Positions 1 to 10,350 of a stretch of DNA of 64,000 bases are shown one piece after another (within the stretch, counting starts at the first letter, position 1; every line of letters starts with the position of its first letter). This DNA is from an uncultured Acidobacteriota bacterium (GTDB taxonomy: Bacteria > Acidobacteriota > Thermoanaerobaculia > Multivoradales > UBA5704), in the NCBI GenBank assembly GCA_963700145.1, contig OY969474.1, positions 2,304,001 to 2,368,000 on the forward strand, written 5' to 3'. Under the pieces are notes generated by a model. It had not been told where the DNA came from, ran no database searches, and worked only from the letters and a program-made list of their open reading frames with translations. Both the position numbers and the translations under genes were made by a program.

Positions 1-2
1 TC

Positions 3-1355
3 GAGGCCGACGCGGCGCAGCTCGACGTCAACACCCAGTTCGCCCTCTTCTTCCCCGAGAAGCGGCCGTTCTTCCTCGAGGGCGCGGACCTCTTCGACAC
101 CCGCGTCCAGGCGATCCACAGCCGCAACATCGCCGACCCCGAGTGGGGGCTCAAGCTCACCGGCAAGGAGGGGAAGAACGCCGTCGGCCTGGTGGTGGCG
201 CAGGACCGGCTGAGCAACATCCTGATCCCCGGCGCCGAGAGCTCGGCCCTGACCTCGCTCGACGAGGAGAACACCTCGACCATCCTGCGCTACCGCCGCG
301 ACCTCGCGGGCTCCTCGACGATCGGCGTCCTCTACACCGGGCGCGAGGGGGACAGCTACCACAATCGGGTGGCCGGCGTGGACGCCCTCTTCCGCTGGAA
401 GGGGACGGAGGCGGTGCGCATCGAGCTGCTCGGCTCGCAGACCGAGTACCCGCTGGCGCTGGCCCGCGACTTCGGCCAGCCGGCCGACACCTTCGACGAC
501 TTCGGCGTGCGCGCCGTCTACCAGCACACCGACCGCAACAAGATGATCTACTTCCTGCACCAGGACATGGGCGACGGCCTGCGCGTCGACCTCGGCTTCA
601 TCCCGCAGGTCGACTTCCGGCGCGAGCAGGTGCTCTTCGAGCGCTACTTCTACAACGAGGGCGAGCGCTTCAGCCGCATCAACTTCGCCGGCCAGTTCAA
701 CGACACCTGGGACCACGACGGCAACCGGCTGCGCCGCTTCGGCGAAGCCTGGACGTGGGGCAACGGCCCTTACCAGAGCTTCTTCAACACCGGCGTCGGC
801 GCCGGCGACCGCTTCTTCAACGGCCAGACCTTCGACGACAAGTACCTCTGGTTCTACGGCGAGGTGCGGCCGACGAGCTGGCTGTTCATGACCATCGACT
901 CGTCGATCGGCGACACGGTGGACTTCGCCAACACCCGCGCCGCGGACCAGATTTTCGTCAAGCCGACCTTCCGCTTCGACGTCGGCAAGCACCTGCGCCT
1001 GCAGCTCGCCCACAACTGGCAGCGCCTCGACGTCGAGGACGGCGAGCTCTTCACCGCCAACATCAGCGACCTGCGGGCGACCTGGCAGTTCAACGTCCGC
1101 ACCTTCGTGCGGCTGGTGACGCAGTACCGCGACGTCGAGCGCAACGCCCCCCTCTTCCTCGAGCGCGTCGACCCCGAGAGCCAGCACCTCTTCAACCAGC
1201 TCCTCTTCTCCTACAAGATCAACCCGCAGACCGTGCTCTTCCTGGGCTACTCCGACAACCACTTCGGCGAGCCGTCGCTCAATAGCCAGACGACCGACCT
1301 GACGCAGGCCGACCGGACCCTCTTCTTCAAGGTGGGCTACGCGCTGATCTTCTGA
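3..1355 (+). CDS. DUF5916-family outer-membrane protein (5' truncated by window edge)
   Basis: Frame is open from base 3: EADAAQLDVNTQFALFFPEKRPFFLEG...SRNIADP, typical of DUF5916. C-terminus is beta-strand-rich and ends ...FFKVGYALIF. Confidence 0.8.
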   Translation, partial: EADAAQLDVNTQFALFFPEKRPFFLEGADLFDTRVQAIHSRNIADPEWGLKLTGKEGKNAVGLVVAQDRLSNILIPGAESSALTSLDEENTSTILRYRRDLAGSSTIGVLYTGREGDSYHNRVAGVDALFRWKGTEAVRIELLGSQTEYPLALARDFGQPADTFDDFGVRAVYQHTDRNKMIYFLHQDMGDGLRVDLGFIPQVDFRREQVLFERYFYNEGERFSRINFAGQFNDTWDHDGNRLRRFGEAWTWGNGPYQSFFNTGVGAGDRFFNGQTFDDKYLWFYGEVRPTSWLFMTIDSSIGDTVDFANTRAADQIFVKPTFRFDVGKHLRLQLAHNWQRLDVEDGELFTANISDLRATWQFNVRTFVRLVTQYRDVERNAPLFLERVDPESQHLFNQLLFSYKINPQTVLFLGYSDNHFGEPSLNSQTTDLTQADRTLFFKVGYALIF

Positions 1356-2026
1356 TCGGGGGCGGCCGCCGCCTCGCGCAGGATCGCCACGCCGCTGGAG
1401 GTGCCCAGGCGGGTGGCGCCGGCGGCGAGCAGGGCGCGGGCGGTGGCGGCGTCGCGGATGCCGCCGGAGGCCTTGATCGCGAGGCGACCGCCGACGGTGG
1501 CGGCGAGCAGGGCGACGTCGGTGACCGTCGCGCCCCCCGGCCCGAAGCCGGTCGAGGTCTTGACGAAGTCGGCGCCGGCGTCGGCCGCGAGGAGGGCGCC
1601 GCGCCGCTTCTCCTCGTCGGTCAGGAGCGCGGTCTCGAGGATCACCTTGAGCGTCAGGCCCGCGCGCTCGGCGCGGAGGGCGCCCACCCAGCCGGCGAGG
1701 TCGGCGCGCACGCGCTCGTCCTCGCCCCCCTTGAGCCAGGAGAGGTTCAAGACGGTGTCGAGCTCCTGCGCGCCGTCGGCGACCGCCCGGCGCGACTCGG
1801 CGAGACGCGCCTCGGGGTGGACGTAGCCGAGCGGGAAGCCGACGACGGTCCCCACCCGCACCGGCGTGCCGGCCAGCCGCTCGGCCGCCAGCGCCACCCA
1901 GACCGGCGGCACGCAAACGGAGGCGAACTCGTGCTCCACGGCCTCGTCGAGGAGCCGCCGGATCTCCGCCCGCGTCGCTTCGGGGCGCAGCAGCGTGTGG
2001 TCAATCGCCCGGTTCAGCGGCAACAT
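1337..2026 (-). CDS. deoC: Deoxyribose-phosphate aldolase
   Basis: IDHTLL, VVGFPLG, KVILET, ADFVKTSTGF, IKASGGIR and RLGTS motifs. Confidence 0.96.
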   Translation of the reverse strand: MLPLNRAIDHTLLRPEATRAEIRRLLDEAVEHEFASVCVPPVWVALAAERLAGTPVRVGTVVGFPLGYVHPEARLAESRRAVADGAQELDTVLNLSWLKGGEDERVRADLAGWVGALRAERAGLTLKVILETALLTDEEKRRGALLAADAGADFVKTSTGFGPGGATVTDVALLAATVGGRLAIKASGGIRDAATARALLAAGATRLGTSSGVAILREAAAAPDQKISA

Positions 2027-2042
2027 CGCTGTAGCGCCCGGC

Positions 2043-4298
2043 CTACGTGCCGGGCGTTGGGACCAGCTTCACCCGCCCCAGCTCGGCGCCGGTGTAGTAG
2101 TGCTCCAGGATCTCGCGGTAGTCGTGGCCGCGCTGGGCCATGCCGTAGGAGCCGATCTGGCAGAGACCGACGCCGTGCCCCCACCCCTTGCCGTTGAAGA
2201 GATACCCGGCCTCGCGCCCCGGCGGCTCGAGCCGGCGGGCGGTGAAGAGCGTGTCGGGGATGTCGAGCGTCCAGCGCACCGCCAGCCCCTCGACCTCCGC
2301 CGTCTCGCCGCTCGCGCCGTGGATGCGGATCTTCCCCACCCGTCCCGAGACGCCGCGCGACAGCACCTCGAAGTCGCGGAAGCCGAGGCCGGGGAGGCGG
2401 GTGTCGATCGACTTCGCCAGCTCGGAGTCGCTGCGGTAGCGCGTCCAGGAGCTGTAGCGGCTGCTGCGGTCGAAGGCCACGCCCTCGCGCTCCACCTGCT
2501 GCACCAGGGCGACCAGCGCCTCGCCCTGCCAGTAGAGGTCGAGCCCGTCGCCGGGCACCAGGGCGAGCGGCGCCGCCGCCGTCTGCCCCGCCACGCGGCG
2601 GAAGGTGACGAGCCGATCGGGCAGCGCGTAGGTCTTGTGCTCCTTGCCCGAGCGCACGGTGAGCGCGCGCGGGCCGAGGGACATGTACGAGGCCTCCTCG
2701 CGCCGCACCACGTGGAGCAGCTCGGCGAGCCCCAGCAGCATGCGCTCGATCTCGTCCGCGTCGAGCACCTGGTCGGGCGGGCCGGTCAGCAGACCGCTCT
2801 TCATCAGGTAGGCGGCGCGCCGCAGGTCCTCTTCGCTCCAGCCCGGCGGCGGGTTCTGCAAGAGATACGGGATGTCCGGCGCGGCGACGAAGAGGCGGGT
2901 CTCGGTCCCGAGGTCGAAGAGCGCGGCCAGGAAGCGCTGCACCTCGCGCCGGTCGAGCGAGGCCAGCCGCTCGCGCGGCACCGGCAGGCCGGCGAGGAGC
3001 GCCAGGTGCTCGAGCCGGGCGGCGAGGGCCGCCGCCGGCGCCACCCCCGGCGACGGCGGCAGCAGGCGCTCGGTGATGCCGGCCGGGAACGCCGCGCCCG
3101 CCGCCAGGTCGCCGGGCAGGCGCGCCACGCCGGCCTCGACGCACGGCACGCCCTTGAGGTATGGCTCCTGCTTGAGCGGGAAGATGACGTGGCCGTCCTC
3201 GGTGTGGCCGCCGCAGGTCGAGCTGTAGAGGGCGTCCACCAGCCGCCCCTCGTAGAGCAGCACCTGGCCGGCGGTCTCGGCGATGGCGCGGTCGGAGAGC
3301 GGGTGCTCGACCTCCATCCCCTTGTAGACCTGGCAGCGCGGCGTGGCGCAGATGTCGTAGCCCTCGCGCGCGAACTCGCCGAGCGTGCGCAGGGCGTAGG
3401 TGCGGGCCGCCACCGCCTGCGCCTTGAGCGCCTCGAGCTGCGGATAGGCCTCGGGGCCCATCTCGCTCGGCACCACGCCGCGCAGGTAGTCCTCGAGCGA
3501 CACCTCGTTAATCAGGTTGAGGGTGCCGCGGTCGTTGAGATAGACGAGGAGGCGGCCCCGGTAGCGCCGCCCCTCGTGGCGGAGGCCGCTCCGGGCGGCG
3601 GCCTCTATAGCGAGCCAGCGGCCCGGGACGGTGATCGTCTTCCCCGCCTGCGTCGTGCGCAGCGCCGGGTCGGAGACCCGCCCCCCTTCGCTGACCACGA
3701 AGGCGCCGGCCAGGCCGCGGGCGGTCAGGCGGCGCAGCGCCGTGTCGGCCTCCTCGCGCGTCGCGTAGCGGCCGATGCGCACGCGGTAGAGGTCGACGCC
3801 GGCGTCGAAGTGGGCGGCGCCGCCGACGCCGGTCTGCCGCTCCAGCCGCCGCGCCAGCTCCTGCGCCTGCCGCTCGTCGCGCAGCGCCGCCACCTGGATG
3901 CGGTAGCTGCCGGTCTCGGCGATCCCCGCCGTCGGCTCGATCCGCAGGGGCGACGAGATCGACCAGCGCTGCTCCCCCGGTGCGGCGGACTCGGCCACCA
4001 CCTCCCCCTCACAGCAGGGAAGCGTCAGGTTGGCGAGGTCGCTGGCGATCCCCACCTTCAGCACCAGCGGCACCGCCGGTCCCGCGGCGAGCGTCCCGGG
4101 CGGCGTCGGTGCCGGCTCGGCCGGCGGCGCGGCGGGGACCGCCGGCTCGACCGGCTCGGGGAGCGGCGCGGGCTCCGCGGGGGGCGGCGGCGGGCGCTCG
4201 CTCGTCTTGACCGGCGGCGGCGAGCCGGCGCAGCCGGCGGCCAGCGCCGCGGCGAGGAGGCCGGCAGCGAGCCGGGCGCGGCGCACGGCTCCGCTCAC
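2043..4298 (-). CDS. SpoIID/LytB-family lytic transglycosylase lipoprotein with SPOR domain
   Basis: GTG at 4298 overlaps the upstream stop (GTGA). Lipobox LAAGC, SPOR (YRIQVAA...YRVRIGRY), SpoIID motifs LEDYLRGVVPSEM, EALKAQAVAARTY, CQVY and GWGHGVGLCQIG. Confidence 0.9.
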   Translation of the reverse strand: MSGAVRRARLAAGLLAAALAAGCAGSPPPVKTSERPPPPPAEPAPLPEPVEPAVPAAPPAEPAPTPPGTLAAGPAVPLVLKVGIASDLANLTLPCCEGEVVAESAAPGEQRWSISSPLRIEPTAGIAETGSYRIQVAALRDERQAQELARRLERQTGVGGAAHFDAGVDLYRVRIGRYATREEADTALRRLTARGLAGAFVVSEGGRVSDPALRTTQAGKTITVPGRWLAIEAAARSGLRHEGRRYRGRLLVYLNDRGTLNLINEVSLEDYLRGVVPSEMGPEAYPQLEALKAQAVAARTYALRTLGEFAREGYDICATPRCQVYKGMEVEHPLSDRAIAETAGQVLLYEGRLVDALYSSTCGGHTEDGHVIFPLKQEPYLKGVPCVEAGVARLPGDLAAGAAFPAGITERLLPPSPGVAPAAALAARLEHLALLAGLPVPRERLASLDRREVQRFLAALFDLGTETRLFVAAPDIPYLLQNPPPGWSEEDLRRAAYLMKSGLLTGPPDQVLDADEIERMLLGLAELLHVVRREEASYMSLGPRALTVRSGKEHKTYALPDRLVTFRRVAGQTAAAPLALVPGDGLDLYWQGEALVALVQQVEREGVAFDRSSRYSSWTRYRSDSELAKSIDTRLPGLGFRDFEVLSRGVSGRVGKIRIHGASGETAEVEGLAVRWTLDIPDTLFTARRLEPPGREAGYLFNGKGWGHGVGLCQIGSYGMAQRGHDYREILEHYYTGAELGRVKLVPTPGT

Positions 4299-5272
4299 GC
4301 CGCGGCGCTCCGTGGCAGGGCGGGGGCCTCCGCCCGCAGCTCGGACTGCACGAGCGCCACGTAGGCGGCGGCCAAGAGCGTCGAGAGCACCGCGTTCACC
4401 AGCCACTGGAAGGCGTTGAGCGAGAGCAGCGCCCCGGCGCGCACCGCCGAACGAGCCTCGGTCAGGGCCTGGATCGCCAGGCTCGCCGGCAGCAACACCA
4501 CTCCGGCCTCCAGCAGGGTGAGCAGCATGAAGAGGAGCGCGAGCAGGAAGCATGCCCCCGGGCGGCGGCCGACCACCCTCAGGCCGTGGCGGATGGCCGC
4601 CCAGACCCCCGACCCCTCGCGCGCCGCGTCGGCCATCGCGCCCCAGGTCCAGACCAGGAAGAGGAGGAAGAGGAAGCCCACCGGCAGGGCGCCGCCGCAG
4701 CCGAACCCCACTCCGGCCGCCACGCCCCAGCGCTGGGCGCCGTAGGCGGTGAGCGCGACCCACACCGCCAGCGCGACGAGAAGCGGCATGGCCAAGAAGA
4801 GCAGGACGTTGAGCACCCAGAAGTAGCGCCAGACGTAGCGCCCGGCCCAGCCGGCGAAGTCGCGGCTGCTGAAGGTGCGGAAGGCGAGGCGGCCGCGCGG
4901 CGGTCCGGGCGGCGCCTGGCGGTCGGCGGCGATGAGGACGCCGTAGGTGCCGGCCAGAAACCAGCAGTAGACGAGGAAGGCGAGCGTCCAGAGCGCCATG
5001 GCACCGAGCAGCGCGCCGGCGACGGCCGGGGTCAGCGCCTCCAGCCGCGCCGGCAGCTCCTGGACCAGCGGCGCGAAGTCGCTCTCGACCAGCACGTCGT
5101 AGGCGGCGCGGAGGTCGAAGCCGAGTGCCAGCATCGGCAGCAGGACGCCGGCCGCGGTGAGCAGCGAGAGCAGCAGCAGGCCGAGCGCGTTGAGCCAGAC
5201 GAGGCCGAAGTTGGCGCGCAGGCTGGCCGCGCCGCGGCGCAGGCTGCCGGAGGCGGAGAGGCGGGGGCTCAC
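4295..5272 (-). CDS. Multi-pass membrane protein (hypothetical)
   Basis: 325 aa with about 6 hydrophobic segments; translationally coupled to both neighbours by 4-bp overlaps. Confidence 0.75.
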   Translation of the reverse strand: MSPRLSASGSLRRGAASLRANFGLVWLNALGLLLLSLLTAAGVLLPMLALGFDLRAAYDVLVESDFAPLVQELPARLEALTPAVAGALLGAMALWTLAFLVYCWFLAGTYGVLIAADRQAPPGPPRGRLAFRTFSSRDFAGWAGRYVWRYFWVLNVLLFLAMPLLVALAVWVALTAYGAQRWGVAAGVGFGCGGALPVGFLFLLFLVWTWGAMADAAREGSGVWAAIRHGLRVVGRRPGACFLLALLFMLLTLLEAGVVLLPASLAIQALTEARSAVRAGALLSLNAFQWLVNAVLSTLLAAAYVALVQSELRAEAPALPRSAAA

Positions 5273-6114
5273 GAGGCGCGGGCGGCGCCGGCGGCGCTGG
5301 CGCCGGCGAGCCCGTGCCCGGCGTAGCGGCGGCGGAAGTCGTCGGCCGCGGTGAGCAGGACGGGCTGCGCCATCTCGTGGAGGCGCGACAGCAGCGGCGC
5401 CGGGATGCGCCAGGAGAGCGGCTCATCGCGCTTGACGCTCGGCGGGTCCTTCTCCTGCACGCGGTCGAGGGCCACCGCCTCGCGCGGCGTCTCGTCGATC
5501 TTGTAGTTGGTGGTGAAGAGCGTCGGCTGGCGGCGCGTGTAGCGGCCGTTGACGATCAGGTAGAGGACGTCGTTGACCCAGGGGCTCGACTTCATCGCCC
5601 CCAGCTCGTCGAGCACCAGCACGTCGGCGCGCAGGAAGGGCTCGAGGATCTCGCGCTGCCAGTCGGGCGAGCCGGGGTCGAAGGTGGACTGGATCTGGTA
5701 GACGAGGGCGGTGAAGTCGACGAAGCGGCCGGAGAGGTGGAGCTGCTCGATCAGCTCGAGCAGGACGGCGACCGCGAGGTGCGTCTTGCCGACCCCCGCC
5801 GGTCCGACGAAGAGGAGCCCGCCCGGGCCGCGCCGCCCCTGGCTGGCGACGAACTCCTCGACGTAGCGACGGGCGACCGTGCGCGCGCCGAGGAGCTGGT
5901 CGCGCGCCCCCTGCGGCCCCTGCGAGACGTCGAAGTTGTCGAGCCGGCAGCCGCGGTAGCGCGGCGGCACGCCGGCCGCCTCGAGCAGGCGCGGCTTGGC
6001 GTCGCGGCGGCGGCAGGCGCAGCGGCGGGCGGCGCCGGCGGCGCCGTCCGGCTCGACCACCCACCCGCGGCCGCCGCACTGGGGGCAGGGGTCGGGCGCC
6101 GCGACCTGAGGCAT
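5269..6114 (-). CDS. DnaC/IstB-like AAA+ ATPase with N-terminal Zn finger
   Basis: CPQCGG...CAC, Walker A GPAGVGKTHLA, Walker B LVLDELG, and TLFTTN. Confidence 0.88.
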   Translation of the reverse strand: MPQVAAPDPCPQCGGRGWVVEPDGAAGAARRCACRRRDAKPRLLEAAGVPPRYRGCRLDNFDVSQGPQGARDQLLGARTVARRYVEEFVASQGRRGPGGLLFVGPAGVGKTHLAVAVLLELIEQLHLSGRFVDFTALVYQIQSTFDPGSPDWQREILEPFLRADVLVLDELGAMKSSPWVNDVLYLIVNGRYTRRQPTLFTTNYKIDETPREAVALDRVQEKDPPSVKRDEPLSWRIPAPLLSRLHEMAQPVLLTAADDFRRRYAGHGLAGASAAGAARAS

Positions 6115-6177
6115 GGCGAAATCGTAGCACGCGGCGGCGCGCCGGCCGCCCGCGTGGAGCGCGCGGGAAGGTCCTTT

Positions 6178-6570
6178 TTAGCGCCGCTCGCTGCGGGCGA
6201 GCGGGCCGCTCTGGAGCTTGACCAGCGCGTGCTGGCGCTCGACCCCGAAGCGGCGGTCGAGGAGCTCGCGCTTGACGAACTCGAGGAGGCGGTCGACCTC
6301 GACCTGCATCTCCTCCATCCGCTCCTTCATGTTGAGGATGACCTCGACGCCGGCCAGGTTGACGCCGAGGTCGCGGGTCAGGGTGAGGATCGTCTCGAGA
6401 CGGCGGATCGCCTCGTCGTCGTAGAGGCGGGTGTTGCCGGCGCTGCGCACCGGCTTGATCAGCCCCTCGCGCTCGTAGAGGCGGAGGGTCTGGGGGTGGA
6501 TGCCGTAGCGCTCGGCGACGACGCTGATCATCACGTAGCGCTTCTCGACCTTTCGCCGCCGGCCGGCCAT
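6178..6570 (-). CDS. hspR: HspR heat-shock repressor (MerR family)
   Basis: YVMISVVAERYGIHPQTLRLYEREGL...GVNLAGV; lies downstream of dnaK-hsp20. Confidence 0.92.
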   Translation of the reverse strand: MAGRRRKVEKRYVMISVVAERYGIHPQTLRLYEREGLIKPVRSAGNTRLYDDEAIRRLETILTLTRDLGVNLAGVEVILNMKERMEEMQVEVDRLLEFVKRELLDRRFGVERQHALVKLQSGPLARSERR

Positions 6571-7007
6571 CAGCCGCCCTCCTGGACCGGCACCTGCGTC
6601 GGCGTGCGCTTGGGGATGGTGATGCGCAGCACGCCTTGCTGGAACTGGGCGGAGATCTTCTCGGCGTCGAGCGGCGCCCCGAGGTCGAAGCTGCGGCGGA
6701 AGGGGCCGTAGCTGCGCTCCATGCGCAGGAAGTTGCGGTTCTCGCCGAGCGGCGGCCGGCGGCCGGAGAGCTCCAGCCGCCGGTCGTGGACCGCGAGCTC
6801 GATGTCCTCGCGCTGGATCCCCGGCAGCTCGGCGTAGAGGAGGTAGGCGCTCTCGGTCTCGAGCACGTCGACGGGGGGGCTCCAGGTGCCCGGCGCCCCC
6901 CCCTGCGCGTCGTCGTACTCGGTGGCCAGGAGCGCCTGCTCGAGCAGGCTGTTGACCCGCTCCTGAATGCGGGAGAGTTCCTCTAAATAGATTTTCTTCA
7001 GCGCCAT
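6570..7007 (-). CDS. Small heat-shock protein (Hsp20/alpha-crystallin)
   Basis: WSPPVDVLE, AELPG, ERSYGPFRRSF and GVLRITIPK motifs. Confidence 0.93.
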   Translation of the reverse strand: MALKKIYLEELSRIQERVNSLLEQALLATEYDDAQGGAPGTWSPPVDVLETESAYLLYAELPGIQREDIELAVHDRRLELSGRRPPLGENRNFLRMERSYGPFRRSFDLGAPLDAEKISAQFQQGVLRITIPKRTPTQVPVQEGG

Positions 7008-7130
7008 TGCCTACGGCTCACCGTTATCAGACTCCTCGAAGCACTGATCCCATCTCCCTCCACTCCCTCGTTCCCTCGCCCCCCGCACGGGGGGCAAGGG
7101 ACGCCACCACCCTCTCTTCGTCCATCTTTG

Positions 7131-9056
<1,926 letters not shown>

Positions 9057-9086
9057 GGGGTCTCCTCTCCGGATGTCATTGCCGGA

Positions 9087-9155
9087 AGCCTAAAACCTTA
9101 GTCGGCGCCTGTCAATCTTGGCGCCACCCTATCTGACAATAGGGGACTGAGATTT
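9087..9155 (-). promoter_or_regulatory. Sigma70-type dnaK promoter with two HAIR-like (HspR) operators
   Basis: Minus strand TTGACA(9115-9110)-17 bp-TAGGCT(9092-9087). The motif AAAYCTYAGTC-N6-TGTCA occurs twice in inverted orientation (9093-9114 on +, 9155-9134 on -); the first covers the -35 and spacer. Confidence 0.72.
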
Positions 9156-9159
9156 ATTC

Positions 9160-10350
9160 CTAGTCGAGGAGCACGAGCGGTTGCGCCGCCTGCCCTTCGG
9201 GGCGGGCGGAGAGGAACTCGGGGTCGAGCTGGAAGTCGCCGCGGATCGTGCCGCGCCCGGCGCCGGCGGCGAGCGGCCCCGCGGCGGCGGGGCGCACCGC
9301 GTAGGCCTCCTGCCCACCCTGCCAGACGAGTGGCCGCCCCTCGGGGTCGCGCAGGTCGGCGGCGCCGAGGAGGCCGCGGGTGCGCAGGGTCTCGAGGCGC
9401 TCGGGGAAGTGGCCGTCGAGGACGAACGAGGTGCGCGCCGCGCGGTCGAGCTTGGCGTAGAGGCTGGCGCGCTGCGCGGCAAGGAGCGCCTCGCGCTCGC
9501 CGTGCTGGAAGGGGAAGGGGAGCAGGACGCGCTGCGGCGCGAGGAGGAGACCGGCGGCGAGGGCGACGGCGAGGCCGGCGCCGAGGAGGGCCGCCGGCCA
9601 GCCCGGCGCCCGGACGACCGCGGCGGCACCGGCCGAGGGCGTCGCGGTGACTGACTCGACCGCCGGCTCCTCCGGTGCCAGGACGACCGCCTCGCGGCGC
9701 GGCTCGACCGCGAGCGGCAGGGCGGGCGGCGCCGCCACCGGCACGACCGGGTGCGGCGCGATCGACATCGGCGGCCGCGCCGGCTCGGGCGGCACGGGCA
9801 CCAGCGTCGGCCGCGGCGGCGGCGGTGGCGAGAGCGGCGGCGCGGACGGGGGAGCCGGCGGCCGCCGCCCCTCCTCCTCCAGGTCCTCGACCGAGCGGAT
9901 GAGGAGGTCCTGGACGCGGATCGGCGCGAAGCCCTCCTCGTAGGAGACCTCCTCGCCGCTGAAGAACTTGAAGTCGCCCTCCTGCCAGAGCAGGAGTTGC
10001 TCGAGGAGGCGGAAGGTCTGGAGCCGCAGCGCCTCCAACAGCTCCGGGCGCGACAGGTGCTGGCGCTCGACCAGGACGTCGATGAGCCGCCCGCCGCCGG
10101 TCTGGATCTCGGCGGCGGCGCGGGCGAGGTCCTCGCGCCGCACCAGCCCGTCGCCCACCAGCACCCGCTCCAGCCCCTCCTCGGCGGGCTGGTTCAGGGC
10201 GTCGGCGTAGACGATGTCGCCGCGCAGGAAGGAGATGGCTACCATGTCGTGCGGCCCCTGCACGGTGAGGATGCCGGTCTTCCCCTGCTGCGCGATGAGC
10301 TGCAGGATCTCGGGCAGCCGGAAGACCCCGAGGGTCCCCTCAACCGCCAC
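9160..10350 (-). CDS. DUF4388 (PatA-N) domain membrane protein
   Basis: N-terminal EGTLGVFRLPEILQLIAQQGKTGILTV...WQEGDFKF, then a Pro-rich linker, one TM segment and a C-terminal domain. Confidence 0.85.
   Translation of the reverse strand: MAVEGTLGVFRLPEILQLIAQQGKTGILTVQGPHDMVAISFLRGDIVYADALNQPAEEGLERVLVGDGLVRREDLARAAAEIQTGGGRLIDVLVERQHLSRPELLEALRLQTFRLLEQLLLWQEGDFKFFSGEEVSYEEGFAPIRVQDLLIRSVEDLEEEGRRPPAPPSAPPLSPPPPPRPTLVPVPPEPARPPMSIAPHPVVPVAAPPALPLAVEPRREAVVLAPEEPAVESVTATPSAGAAAVVRAPGWPAALLGAGLAVALAAGLLLAPQRVLLPFPFQHGEREALLAAQRASLYAKLDRAARTSFVLDGHFPERLETLRTRGLLGAADLRDPEGRPLVWQGGQEAYAVRPAAAGPLAAGAGRGTIRGDFQLDPEFLSARPEGQAAQPLVLLD

Noticed and set aside
5269-6114. IS21 element or prophage
   Set aside because: No istA, terminal inverted repeats, integrase or phage structural genes nearby.
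7073-7100. Hairpin CCCTCGCCCCCC...GGGGGGCAAGGG between dnaK and hsp20
   Set aside because: Single copy in the window with no U-tract; likely a generic REP-like or mRNA-stabilising hairpin with no support for more.
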